DNA of 63,554 nucleotides, the filler included, from Octopus bimaculoides (lineage: Eukaryota): NCBI RefSeq assembly GCF_001194135.2. It is 5 parts of 4 records of this genome, joined end to end, with 100 filler letters (N's around TTAATTAATTAA, not from the genome) between each part and the next. Parts side by side here need not be neighbours in the genome. Positions count along the whole stretch, not along the records: positions 24,755 to 48,170 come from NC_068986.1; positions 48,271 to 57,454 come from NC_068986.1; 3 more parts are not named here. One strand, 5' to 3'. This document shows, one piece after another, positions 38,042-50,750 of the stretch. A program made the position numbers and the translations under genes. Under the pieces are notes generated by a model. It was not told the origin of the DNA, made no database searches, and worked only from the letters and a program-made list of their open reading frames with translations. The first letter of the stretch is position 1. The number at the start of each line of letters is the position of its first letter.

Positions 38042-39229
38042 TTTAACTTCTCAGGTGTGGTAGTAAACAAATCAAATTTGCTACCTTGCATTGCCGAAAG
38101 CATATGTGCGGACGAGTGTTTTAGAAAACTTTTAGCAAGAAATTGACAAAGAAATTAAATTTAGAATTAATACAGGAAAAACCAGTCTGAATTCTAGACT
38201 CGGGGACAATCGATTTGTCTTCTTCTGAATCTGATAACGGATGTTTAAGTCTTTGAAATATTTTGTTATTTCCGAGAATAGAGGTGAGTCTCATCCGGTT
38301 ACCTTGATAATCAGCATCTACCCACCCATCACCATACCTACCTAGATACATACCTGATTTTCTGTTTCTTTTCTAAGTATCTCATTTCCATTTTCTTGTT
38401 AGATACACACACGCACACACATGTATACATACACACTCCCAGGCACACACATATTCATACACACTCTCACATTATACATACGCAAGTCATAACAGATCCA
38501 CATACGTAATGATATGCCTTTCACTAAATATTTGACGTTGGATTATATATTACACCACATTATAAGATAACCTCTAAACACGACAATTTCATTTAATTCA
38601 GTCTTTTAATGAGTTTCTCACCATTAAAATATGCACCAAGAATGATCTCATGAGATGGATATTGTAGTGCGAGCGATGAAAAGAATGCTCTGCAATTCAA
38701 CAACGTGACAAAGCACTTATTTGCCGACGTGATGTCATTGTGAGTAACAAACGGCCTTAGTTGCATTCTAACTTGCAGGTCAAAGTTACTGCTCAGGAAA
38801 AATGAATGAACCTATTGAATCTGTGCTGCTGTCTTAATGACAACTTCTCACACCTCAGTTACTTTTTTTTTCTTCTTCAATTTATTCATCAATCAACCAA
38901 GTTGTTGATGCATATATTTACATACATACTGTGTGGTAAGATGTTTGCTTCTCAACCACATGGTTCCCGGTTCGGTCCCACCGCAGACTATTTATACAGG
39001 ACATCTTGATTGTTGCTTTCACTGTTTCGGATGTCGTACGTTCCAGCCTCCTGCCTTTTTCGGAACTCGGTTGTTGTCGGAATTTCAAACCTAACCCTTT
39101 ATTTTATCTATGGGGTACACTGTTCTCCCTCCGCTCTCTGCGTTTCGCCACATTTCTGCTTCAGACGAATTTTTTTGTGACTTACCTTAGTGCCTATCCT
39201 GGGATTGAACTCAGAAGCTCTATAATGAA

Positions 39230-40320
39230 TGTACTGGCGGCCAGAATGGCCCTTGAGCATTTCTTTAAGGCGAAACTCCAATGCTGCGTTGTCAGAGCGC
39301 TAAAACACGAAGGAACTGAAGCTGTTCGATAGGCCCCAACGGTGGAGACGCAACGTGGCAAGAAAACGACGATCGGGTCTTTTAAGGATCGGGACGGCCG
39401 CATGCTACTCGGTTCCGAGCAGATGTGCGCGGCTTTCCAGCAGCATTTCGAGCAGCTGTTTGGGGGAACGATGTGTCGACAACGGTAGCGGACTTTAGTT
39501 CGTACCTGGACGGCTTGCTGCGGCTCTCGGCAGCGGACGCGATGTTCTACGAAAAGCCGATAACAGTCACTGAAATATGGGAAGCGATGAGCGATTGCCC
39601 ATGTCCCAAATCGCCCGGTTTAGATTATCTGCTCTATTAATTCTGTGTGTTCATGCTAGATTTGTTTGGTGGCCTCTTAGTAGACGTTATCGTAACTGGC
39701 AGCAGCAATAACAAAAGCAACAATAGCAAGATTTCTTTCGCTGGAGTGAACTCCACAAAAGAACTATACACTCTTTTCCTGGAAGATAAGCGGGCGAAAT
39801 TAGAAGATGCCGTTAGATTTAGGAAAACCGAGGGGGATAAGGGTAGAGCTTGCACCCACCCCTGAGACACTGGCTGCTACTGCTAAAAAGATGGTAAGAT
39901 ATCGGTGCGTTAGTTTAAAAACTAGTCATCTAGAGGCGACCACGAACGCTCAAATAGAAAGGGCTCTCAGCGATGTATGGTAGGAGATCGACCACATATC
40001 TAGGGCAAGTCAGTTCGGCGCGCATCAGTGGTCGTTTCTTTTCCCTTCTTATTTGGAAAGAAGGGCGGTAACGGTCATAATTCTGAGAGTCCCACCAGAG
40101 CTACATCTCTGGTGGATCCTGGCATGCGCAGTGTTGCGGTGGGGGGTGGGACGATATTCTTCCGAAGAGAACGAAGTAAGAGAACTAGTTTGGGACCGCA
40201 CTGGAGCTCCTTCTACATGTAAAGCCCAAGCAGCTGGAAAAGATCCCAGACCTCATCTTTCTGCCGAATGGGGCAGAACTGCAATTAATTGTGTAGGCTA
40301 GATGGTCGAAACTCCACGTC
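39230..40320 (+). mobile_element. Decayed Tx1/L1-clade LINE fragments
   Basis: ..CCVVRA..DRDGRML..QMCAAFQQHF..KPITVTEIWEAM..KSPGLD (EN-RT linker), plus later C-terminal remnants; same type as the 4.2-5.3 kb element. Confidence 0.7.
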
Positions 40321-42339
40321 TATGTAACACTTCGCCATCTCAAAGCATTCTGCCTGTACAACCAAAACAAGAAAGAGGAAAGGACACCATTGCTGCAACA
40401 ACAGCAGCAGCAGCACAACAACAACAACAACAACAACAGTAGCATCGATGAAAAGACAAAAGGAGCTACATTTACACCATCTGGGCCAACATCAACAAGA
40501 ATAACAACAATAACAGCAACAACGACGACAGCGGCAGTGGTAGCAGCGGCGGTAAAGGTGTATTGTTTCAAAGGTCGATATTCTTTGGCACTTTGACATA
40601 TGTCCAGTTCACTGGGCCGACATCGGCGATGACGATGGCGGAGAAACAGGCTCAAACTCCATTATTTCTGCAAGAAAAAAAAAAGAGAGGAAATATTAAA
40701 TGCTATTTGAAAGGAAGAAAGAAAGAAAGAAAGGAAAACGGAAAGAAAGAAGGCGATGGAGAAGAAAACAAAAACAGATCTTCAAAAGAACAGATGTTAA
40801 GATATTATGTAATGGGGGTTGAGGTTGCAATATATGCGGGCCTTTTACGATCTGAGATTCCATCAAGATCAACCACTGCCTTTGTATTCTTCGGAGATCG
40901 ATAGAATAAAGCACCATTTGCATCTTGAGGTCAATTTAACCATGCAACGCCCCACCCGCCTAATTTCTGACTTTATGCCAGTGATGAAAATCACTTATGG
41001 AAAAGAACACGACTGTTAGAGCGTCGAACAAATTGCTGTGCAGTACTTAGTTACAGCTCTTTACTTTGTGAGTTCAAATCTTACCATGGTCACCCTTTTT
41101 TTTTATTCTTCTTCTGCTGGAGAGTGATAAAATAAAGTACCACTCAGGTACAATAAATTGATTAAACTTCCCTCGTTAAAGTCGAGGCATTGTACTTTGT
41201 TAGAAATTACTTGAACATCGAAAGAAGGAAAGGAGAAAAACAGGGAGAGAGCCGGCCTCACTCCCTAGCATTCGAAGGAGACCTCAAACGCTCGAGGACT
41301 AGTCGGAGAGGATCAGAAATTGTAGCAGAAGTGATTTATACTGTCATTGTGTGATATGTTTTCGTTTTGACTCATCTAAACTTAAATACTCGAATACAGG
41401 CTCCACAAGCCCTTTTCGTTCCAGCAGGTCACATGACCATGTGATTAAACGAACCTGTTGTTTGGATTGGTCAGTTTCTAGCTGTCCAATCGCGTTAGCG
41501 CAACAGTTTAGTTTTTTTCTTTACGCAGGAAATTAACCACCAGCTTCTGGGAGCCCACTGATCTCTTTAAGAACGGCAATTCTCGACTGTTCTAGGTCTT
41601 TGGTACACGCCACTGACCATACGCAACTCGTTTCCGGCAAAGATGTTCTGACACTAGCCAGTCTCTGCTCTCACCTCCACCAGACGCCTGTCTACATCAT
41701 TGCTGCATGAACACTACACGACCAACAGACCAACGCCTACCTCTACATACCACCAAAAAAGTACGTCAACTTTGTCTAGAAGATCAGTCCAACCTAACCA
41801 CGAAGTCTCTCACACATCCTTGTTGTAACCTGTTATGTTATTTTATTTCATGTATGGCAATCATTGTATTTTATAACGAAGACTAAATCGTCGCTTACCA
41901 ATTCATTTCATCTCAAGTTGCATATATCCATTTTTACACATTCTCCTTATTAATCGTCTTCATTATAAAATAATCAGTGACAGTCAGATTGGTGATGCTT
42001 GTTGTGCACTCCGCTTTCATTATTTGATTGCTGTTATTCTGTGCGTCTCTGTGTAAAGATCAGTTGTGTTTAGCATGGTTGCCTTATTTTAACCCTTAAT
42101 GGAGAAAGATGCGGTGCTAGATATGCAAAATAAGCCATTTTTGGGGCTAGAAATATTGCGGAAAAAAGGTGAAATTCTTTGAGCAGGTAGGCTGACTCCT
42201 TCATTGAAAATAAGAGCTTAGTGAAAGAGCTAAAATATATGTTTTTGACAGTATTTCAAAAAGTGCAAGTCAATCAACTCCATTTTAAAATTACTGTATA
42301 AATTGGAGTTGACTTCCGCTATACCGGAATCCATTAAAT

Positions 42340-42510
42340 AATTAAGCGAATGCTGACCAAGCCCTTAACATCAGTCGCTAATGAGAAAAGTTTCTCAACG
42401 TTGGATGGAATCTGCTCACGTCTGAGAATCACAATGGCCCAAGAATGGCTGTCTTCACTGGCTCGTATTTCCATCGAGAAAAGAATTTTGAACAACTTGG
42501 ACAAGAAGGA
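42340..42510 (+). mobile_element. hAT transposase C-terminal dimerization-domain remnant
   Basis: LTKPLTSVANEKSFSTL..RLRITMAQEWLSSLARISIE, matching the TxASxERSFS..LRxTMxQxRL..LAxxSIE pattern. Confidence 0.75.
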
Positions 42511-42610
42511 ACTGTGTGCAGAGAGAGAGAGAAGCTTCTTTGCCCGTGTCTCTCTAGCTAAAACATAATTCTATCACTAAAAATTGCTCTTTTAACGCAT
42601 TATACGATTC

Positions 42611-43072
42611 TGTAGCGGCACAAGCAGTCAGCGCCATATGGGGTGAGATCTCGCAGCAGCCATTGCCATCTCCGAGACCTCACCTGCATCCATTTGCCAT
42701 GTGCGAGCTCACAACGAGGCTCGTGATGGCAAACTATATAAAAGGAAGAAACCACGAGGTTCGATCTCTTTTTCCCCGCGACTGCTCGCAGAGCACACTT
42801 CACTGACTGGGCCCCTAGGCTAATCCGCTTGTTGCATTTCCTGAGACAATGGGCCCGCGTAACTGAGAACGACGAATTCACACCACGTGAGATCGCTGCA
42901 AAGAGCAACTTACTACACCTTTGTATATATTGTAAATAAAACTGATGGAGAGCCTGCGTTTTGCCTAATACTTCTTTACTCGACTGCTAGAGCCTTAAGC
43001 AACACGATGAATAAGAAATTAATGGGAGAAGGCAATATTCAACCAATATCGAGAACCTTGCCTCCCATTATA
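42611..43072 (+). repeat. 5' LTR
   Basis: Starts TGTAG; TATA ctatataaaa 42734-42743; AATAAA 42935-42940; ends cccattata like 45887. Confidence 0.85.
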
Positions 43073-43074
43073 AA

Positions 43075-43089
43075 TGGTGGCCCGACGAG
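43075..43089 (+). promoter_or_regulatory. Primer binding site, tRNA-Trp-like
   Basis: TGGTGGCCCGACGAG, 2 nt after the LTR, resembles TGGTGACCCCGACGTG (complement of the tRNA-Trp 3' end). Confidence 0.65.
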
Positions 43090-43523
43090 TGAAGGAACTC
43101 CGGCAGCCGTAAGAAGCTACAGCCAGAAGACTCCACTTCCAGCCACCGTTCAGTTTGCCGCCACATTTGAATTGCCCCACATGGAAACAGGACTTTACCA
43201 GTCGCGCGCCATTTTTTGACAAGAAATAAAAATACACACCCCCACACACAAGCAGAGAAAAATAACAAAACAAACCTTGTTGGTACAGCACACATACATT
43301 CACAGTGATTTTGGCATTTTGTTTTGTTTTCTTTCAGCACAAAAAAAAAACCACAAACAGGTTTGGTGACGAAATATTTTTTTTTTGCTTTGTTTATTTG
43401 TGCATACAGTACACAATTCCATAAATTTTGCTCAGAAATTGTTTTTTCTCGCACAAACGCTATTATTTCCAACAACACTTTTGTCGGTTTTTTTTTGTCC
43501 TTTTTTTCTTTTTTCTCCTCTGA

Positions 43524-44290
43524 CAGAAAATTAGTTTACCTAATTTTCCTTCTTTCACTGGTGACGTCACGCTTTGGTTCGCACAGTTGGATGCGTACAT
43601 TGCGGCACATGCTGTGCCTTCCCCGCGACAGCTAAATCGTCTCCTTTGTAACATTCCTGCGCCACTTGCTACTTCCGTCAGGGATCTCATCACAGATCCT
43701 CGCCCGGATGCGACGTACGAGGTGGTCAAATCCGAGGTTCTCCGGCGGAACACTAAATCCGCAGAGTTTAAGCAGCTAATGCAGGACGAGGAGCTAAGAG
43801 ACAGGACGCTGTCTCAGTTTTTACGGCATCTCCGCGAACTCAGCGACACGACTGAGGACAACTCGCTCTTACGGAAGCTTTTCTTCTCCCGGCTACCTCC
43901 CAATATGCAAATTATTTTAGCCACAGCGGGTGATACCAACACCGTGGATCAACTAGCAACCATGGCTGATAAAACTTTAGGGTTCGCTATCCAGCCAGCT
44001 CCTCGTCATGTCTGCTCTTGCTCAGAGGTCTCTTCTGCTGCATCTTCCTCATCACATGATGAGATTGTGGAGTAACTCGACTCCTTAACACTCCCAATGG
44101 ACGCGCTTTGGCGAGGGCGCTCCAACTCTTCGCGCTGTCGCAGTCGGAGCCGGTCTCGTTCACGCTCGACCGATTCTTTTTCCTCTAGTCCCAGTCTTTG
44201 TTGGTACCACGCCAGGTATCAGCATAATGTCCGCAAATGCATTCAGCCTTGTTCTTTCCAATCGTCGGAAAACGCCCAGCGGAGGGTTTG
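43524..44290 (+). pseudogene. gag: Gypsy gag (stop at 44073-44075)
   Basis: SLPNF..LWFAQLDAY..VRDLI..EELRDRTLSQFLR..LFFSRLP..LATMAD; CWYH..RKC..PC knuckle. Confidence 0.85.
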
Positions 44291-44806
44291 AGCACGTCAA
44301 ACACTTCCAACCAATTATCCTCAAATCGTGCATTTTTTGTAAAGGATCGTGTGTCTGGTAAAGCGTTTATGGTCGACGCAGGTTCTAGTTGCTCTATTTG
44401 GCCTTTGCGTCTCGCTACAGACGAGCCAAAGCGTTCAGAGATCGCCTTGCATGCGGTCAACTGGTCTCCCATTATAACTTACGGTCAAGTTTCCTTACAT
44501 ATTGACATTAATCTTCGCCGGGATTTTAGGTGGATTTTTGTCATAGCTGATCTCCCACGTCCTATTCTGGGTGCGGACTTTTTGAACAATTTTAACCTAT
44601 TTGTAGATGTCAGGCGACAGACTCGTCGACGGTTCTACGTCTTTGTCTACACCTGCAAAAGCCACTACCAATGCTGTTCTCAGTCGTTCATCAGCGATTC
44701 CAAACGGCAAAACTTACTCACTCGACCCTCCACTATATTACCACCACTGGGCCACCTGTCTTTTCACACCCGCGGCGACTTGCTCCTGACCGTCTTAAGA
44801 AGGCTT
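44290..44806 (+). pseudogene. pol: Gypsy aspartic protease and start of RT
   Basis: FMVDAGSS, ILGADFL, then ITTTGPPVFSHPRRLAPDRL after frameshifts; ends at gap. Confidence 0.85.
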
Positions 44807-44898
44807 NNNNNNNNNNAATGGGAACAGGCTCCTTTTAACGCGTCGCACGTTCGACACAAAAATATAATATATTATAACATAACATAAGAGAACTCACA

Positions 44899-45734
44899 TG
44901 TGAAATGCGAGGAAATGCCAGCAAGGAAAAGAGAGAGACTCAACCGATAAAGATGTAAGTAAGGTTTTATTGGTTGTCAACTAGAATGTCTGTGTGAGTG
45001 TGAATGCGACATAATAAAACACAATATAAGACAGGCCGTCATGTAAACAAAGAGTGTGTATACAAATATATGTATGTGAATGCAAGAGATACAGAGCATA
45101 GAAAACAGTCTATAATAAGGACGTTAAAAGTCCTGAACACAAGGATAAGAAGTACCAGTTCTCAGTTAAGATACACAGTAGATTGAAAGTCTGTATATAA
45201 GAGGTTGTGGCGTGGAGGCAGAGCTAAGTCACATGTCGTGAAGTTGAGGCTTCTATGCCGAGCCGGCTACTTGATACAGATGGTCTTCGCAGGTTGAGTT
45301 CTGTTAACCTTGGTGAAGATATTTCACAACAGTATTGAGTGAACCTGTGCAGGCGCTGTTTGGTTGCTGTTGGTAGCTTGTGTACGTAGAGACGTCGTGT
45401 TGACGTTGGCGACGAAGCTTGTAGTAAACAGTTGAACGATGATGCTGATGTCGTCGCTGGAAACTTGCTGGTTGGTGTTACATGGTCAACGACCAGACCT
45501 TAGAAGGTCTGAAGCCGCGACCAACTGGCGTGGATAAAACAGGCTATTTATAGGTACAAAGAGGCTCCAGAAGTATCAGAAAAACACTCTCTCACGTGAC
45601 CTTATTAGATGGCCACGATTGGTCGGTATGCACCCTGGCGCGAAACAGAACTGGAGACAAATGCCGCGCAAATAAGAGTCAATCAGGGTGATGGACACAG
45701 CAGGGTCCAAGGCGGGAGAGAGATAGATGTTACA
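44899..45734 (-). mobile_element. LTR-like segment of another element, antisense orientation
   Basis: On minus: starts TGTAACA, CCAAT, CACGTG, cctataaatag TATA, AATAAA near the end, ends TTCACA; no TSD found. Confidence 0.45.
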
Positions 45735-46499
45735 CGCTACGTTCGCATTTGTAAATAAATAACCGAGAGAGGTGGTTTCACTACACTTCTTTACTTGACT
45801 GCTGGAGCCTTAAGCAACACGATGAATAAGAAATTAATGGGAGAAGGCGATATTCAGCCGATATCAAGAACCTTGCTTCCCATTATAATTCCTTATTGCA
45901 AGTGCCTTCAATACTTGTGGTTTTATTTTCCATATAACACCACTTATAAAGTAAATTGGAGATTCAACAAACCACGTGTAGCAACCACGATTGAAAACAA
46001 GTCACTCTACCTCGTAGAGGTAATTGTAAGTACATCCTGAATTCTAGAAAAACCATACACACAGTTTTATATATCAGCACACATCACACACGAAAATATA
46101 CACAAAGCAAATTTAAACCATACTTTCTTCTTTTTCGCTGAGGCATTATAGTGAGTATCGCGCGCGCGCACGTTATAAACACACCAACCATTGACTCCTT
46201 ACATCTCTTGATGTATATATAATTGTATCTTTTTGAATACACACAGTGAGTAAAGTGGAAACAGTTAACAACAAAAATAAAGCATCTTATTTATCTCCTT
46301 AACAAGTGTGCTTTATCTGCACGTGTGTAAATGTGTGTAGTTATATCTTTGTATACACACATACTACAATCAGGAAAGCGGGAACAGTCAACAACAAAAA
46401 ATAAAACATCTTATTTATCTCCCTCACAAGTGTGCTATATCTTCACGTCTTTTATTATTATTATTATTATTATTTGTTTACCTTTTGTACTACGGTACG

Positions 46500-48170
46500 G
46501 ATGGACAGACAGAACAAAACTGCCACGGTGTCATACTTAGATGAACTGTGCGACAAAACTGGTCGCTGTCCCAAAATAGAGCATTGCCCGGCAAATCACA
46601 TCTGTCATCTATGCACAGAACTCGAAAATTCCTTCCGAAATAGATGGGTTGAATGCAGTAAATGTCGTGTTTCGATCTACTTTCAATGTGCCACAAACTT
46701 TCAAAAGATCCCAGGTCAAAAAAAAAAGAAAAAGAAAAAAAAGGACACCACACTTTTATGATCTACAGGCATTTACTGGCAACACATCTAAGGACCTAAG
46801 CTGTGTTCCTCCAAAAAGTGCTTTCCGCTTTGGCCGACCAGGATCCAAACCCAGATTGATTAGGTTGTCGTTTTCCAACTCTACTGAGGCGCGGGCATAC
46901 CATCTAGCTGCTGATAGGGCTCGGCGCGAAAACAGAATTACCTTTCGGACACGTCCTGGCCTACCACCTGATGTATGCCCAAAGCTAAGAACTGTAGCTT
47001 CCCTAAATCGTAACCCTGTGCCACAGGAAAATTCATCAAGTCTGTCTTGACAATGGTGTTACTCCAGAGCAGTGGAAAACTGTCAGTGTTATCCCTCTGT
47101 TCAAAAAAGGTGACCGCACATCGCCTGTCAACTATCAGTCTTACTAGCCTGTCAACGTCAGTCTTACTAGCTGCATCGCCAAACTGATGGAATCGTGTGT
47201 CAGAGAAAACCTCTGGAACTTCTGGAAGTCTCACAGCCTCATCCAGCCGTCACAATTTGGATTTATTCCTAACCCCAGCTGCTGTAATCAACTCATTGAG
47301 TTTCTTGAGGACATTACCCGAATCACTGATGGCGGTTCCTGGGTGGATGTTGTTTACCTTGACTTTGCTAGGGCTTTTGATTCTGTGCCACACAAAAGAC
47401 TTATGGTAAAACTCTCTGCAATGGGTGTAAGAGATGATCTCTATAACTGGTTGAAGTCCTTCATTATCGGCCGAAAAGAGGTTTGTCACAGTTCTAGGAC
47501 AGCACTCTTCACCCTATGAGATGACATCTGGTGTACCACTGGGATCTGTTCTTGGCCCCCTTTTATTTGTTGCATATATTAATGACATAGATGCCAACTT
47601 AAAGAATGCCACAGTGCTGAAATAGGCAGATGACATCAAGCTGTACCTCGAAATAAAAAGGACAGATCCTGTACACTATAGATCTTTATTGCAATCAGAC
47701 CTGGACACGATGCAGCAATGGATCATGAACTGGCATCTCAAGCTGGCTGTGGACAAATGTACCACCATGCATTTTGGGAGGAAAACCCAGCGTCTACTTA
47801 CTCCCTCCACAACACTAATCTCAAAAAATCTTTTGTGAACGTGATCTGGACATTATTGTCGACAGCGATTTGCGTTGGACAAAACACATTGCTAAAAATG
47901 CCAAGAAGGCTGAGGGTGTCTTGGCATCACTTACCAAGTCCTTTGTGAGCCGCTCTCCAGTTATCTATATAAGGCTTTATATAGCTATAGTGCGGCCTCA
48001 CCTGGAATTTGCATCTCCGGTCTGGAACCCCTATCTTGCCCAGGATATTAATCGTCTGGAAACCGTTCAGCGACGTGCAACCAAGAGAATACCCTCCATC
48101 AGGCATTTGCCATATTCTGAACGCCTTACTTCCCTGGGTATGGATACATTGGAACTCCGACGTCTGGCAG
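46500..48170 (+). mobile_element. CR1-clade LINE: ORF1 remnants joined to RT, endonuclease missing
   Basis: PHD-like CHLC..WVECSKC..C; RFGRPGSKPRLI; RT motifs QFGF, YLDFARAFDSVPH, SGVPLGSVLGP, *ADD, VRPHLEFASPVWNP, ETVQRRATK. Confidence 0.9.
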
Positions 48171-48270
48171 NNNNNNNNNNNNNNNNNNNNNNNNNNNNNN
48201 NNNNNNNNNNNNNNTTAATTAATTAANNNNNNNNNNNNNNNNNNNNNNNNNNNNNNNNNNNNNNNNNNNN

Positions 48271-48607
48271 ACATACGTCAAGATCACCAGCAGTCTACCT
48301 CCCACACACAGCCCCTCGTTCCCGATCACCGTTTGTTATCTCCCCCTTTCTTAGCTCTCCTGAAATAAGAATTTCTAACTTCCGGTCAGCCATTGTTATG
48401 ATCGGCCATTATTATGATTGACCGTTGACTGAACACTATTCAATTTTTTTTCTCCGTGTTTTTCTCCTTGTCTCCGTATTCTTTCTGTTGAAGAGCGTAG
48501 CTCGAAACGTCAAAGACTTTCCGTATTCCCGAGCGTCATACTAATATATACTTTTGTTATTTACACCACCTGTCCTCGTCTGTTGTTATTTTTTGTATAT
48601 TCTCCCA
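48271..48607 (+). mobile_element. Penelope-like pseudo-LTR segment
   Basis: Non-coding, pyrimidine-rich segment carrying a minimal hammerhead-like motif, a known pLTR hallmark. Confidence 0.55.
48480..48516 (+). ncRNA. Minimal type I hammerhead-like motif with a non-canonical core
   Basis: TCTTT-CTGTTGA-A-GAGC gta GCTC-GAAA-C-GTC-AAAGA: 5-bp stem I, 4-bp stem II, palindromic ACGT stem III. Confidence 0.6.
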
Positions 48608-49057
48608 TATATATATATATATATAGTGAATTCAAATAAATGAACAATGAAATTAACAATAATAAGCTACAAGAGAACATACACAAGGAATGTATCAGCA
48701 AAAAGAGGGTGTTTTTTTTACGTTTTGAGTATAGCGCTTCTTTGGAAAGGAGAAAGGGTAAAGTTCAAACAAGGAAAATACATTCTAAGTAAATTTTCTC
48801 TGGAACTGTGTAAACTTTAAACTAATTGTTTCGTAATCTATCAGTTACTCTCGATACATCCTTTAGTATTTTAGGTATTCTACTGCAGAATTTAAATCTT
48901 ATAGCATTTTACATTCGTGTTCTTCAGTTTTCTCTCACCGTAAATTAATGATCCCGATATTTTTTCCTTATCTTGCCACATAAGACACCACCTACATCAA
49001 TAGACAGATAAATATATAACCCGAATAAATATTTATTTACGTTTTATAGAAATGACT

Positions 49058-49420
49058 GTGTGGTAAGAGGTTTGTTACCAAAGCACATGGCTTCGGGTTC
49101 GGTCTCACTGAGTGGTACCTTAGGGAAGTGTTTTCCAGTAGAATATCGGAGGTTAGGCACCAAAGTTTTTAAGTGGGTTTTAGCAGACGGAAATAGAAAC
49201 AAGCCTGTCGTACATATATGGGGGGGGGGATCTTTGTGCTTGTCCCCTACTACCACTTAATAACCGATGTTGCTTTATTTACGTCTGACAAAAGAGAGCA
49301 ATAGAATAAGTATCAGATTCAATAGAAAAACTTGCGATTTCTGAGATGGATTTATTCGACTAAAAACCTTCAAGGCTATATCCTGGAATTGCTGCTCTCC
49401 AATAACCGAAACGTATAAAA
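49058..49420 (+). mobile_element. SINE family B, diverged
   Basis: gtgtggtaag..gggttcggtctc..ggtaccttagggaagtgt..gatagaataagt-like..cgactaaaaaccttcaagg. Confidence 0.75.
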
Positions 49421-49582
49421 GATGTTGCACACATACACACATATCCTTGAAAAGCCATCCCTACTATCTAAAACTTTTACTGGACGTCAATCTAATTTAT
49501 TCACTATATATTTGCCTCTGTGCGTGTGTGCGTGTGTGTGTGTGTGTGTATGTGTGGGCGTGCGTGCGGAGGGCACACACAC

Positions 49583-49652
<70 letters not shown>

Positions 49653-49676
49653 TCAGACAGACAGACAGATAGATAG

Positions 49677-49738
<62 letters not shown>

Positions 49739-50629
49739 CCCATTTTATGCTTTCTGACGAGCTTCCTCAAAGGAAATTACATATGCAATCAAGTTCCGAT
49801 TCTCCTTTGCAGTTACTTCCCCTTAAGTCACACTACAAATACTTTTCAGCAAATTACAAGATCCATCAAATATAACAAAGTCGTTAAAGCATTGAATAGA
49901 ATACTACACAGTATTTGTTGGACTTACTGTGCTAAAATCCCGCCGAGGCCTACTCTGCTCCCATCTTATCAGGGTTGATAACAAATATGTACTTATCCAG
50001 GATGGTGGATCGGCAGAACTGTAGGAACGTTGAACCGGATTGCCTTGCCATATATGTTCTGCTTTCTTGGGATCTCTGTTCAAATCCTACTATAGCTACT
50101 TGAGCGGTGAACTTAAGCTGTCATATGGTTTAACACCAGCATCTGGCAACTTAGGTGCCTCCGGAGGTGTCCGCTCTGCTGCCGATTCTTTACTTACATG
50201 AAAGAAAATTAGCGGTGACATAACACGTGTTGTGCTAAAAATAGTAGTTAAATAAGACTTTTTTGATAAATCGTTTAAATTAACATAAACATTTATTAAT
50301 TTACACCGAAACAAAACGACAGTTTCCAAGTGCTGTTTCCTGACAGGATCAACGCGCAGATGGAGAGTCGAAATAGATAAATAGACGAAATCCTTTCACT
50401 TTTATAAAAAGATTTAAAATGTATGGAAAACCCTACATACAGAAAAAACTATGCCCATTTACGTCCGTTTACGCGGGAGCTCTGGAGAAAATATTACAGT
50501 GCATGACCATCTTGGGGATATAAGTAATGTGTTTGTAAAGTTTGGAGAAAATCAGTAGAGAATTGTGGAAATGTATGCGTTAGTCATTATACACACACAT
50601 ACTTTGATTTATATATACTATTTTCAATT

Positions 50630-50750
50630 TCAATTTCACGAAGCTTTTGGTGGGCTATAGATGACACTTGCCCAAGGTGCCGCGTAGTAGGACGAAACCC
50701 AAGGCTATATGATTAGAAACAAGCTTTTTAGCTGCACAGCTACGCCTGCT
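50630..50750 (-). mobile_element. SINE family B 5' fragment
   Basis: gacacttgcccaaggtgcc on plus is the reverse of the CORE-like module. Confidence 0.7.

Larger units (their letters stand above)
42611..45887 (+). mobile_element. Ty3/Gypsy LTR retrotransposon (CsRn1-like), internally truncated
   Basis: ATTC on both flanks (42607-42610, 45888-45891); last ~103 bp of both LTRs differ by 7 transitions; PBS, gag, CHCC knuckle, protease and start of RT present. Confidence 0.9.

Noticed and set aside
41230-41950. LTR-like non-coding segment with CCAAT and E-box-like motifs
   Set aside because: No defined TG..CA ends, TSD or second copy in the window.
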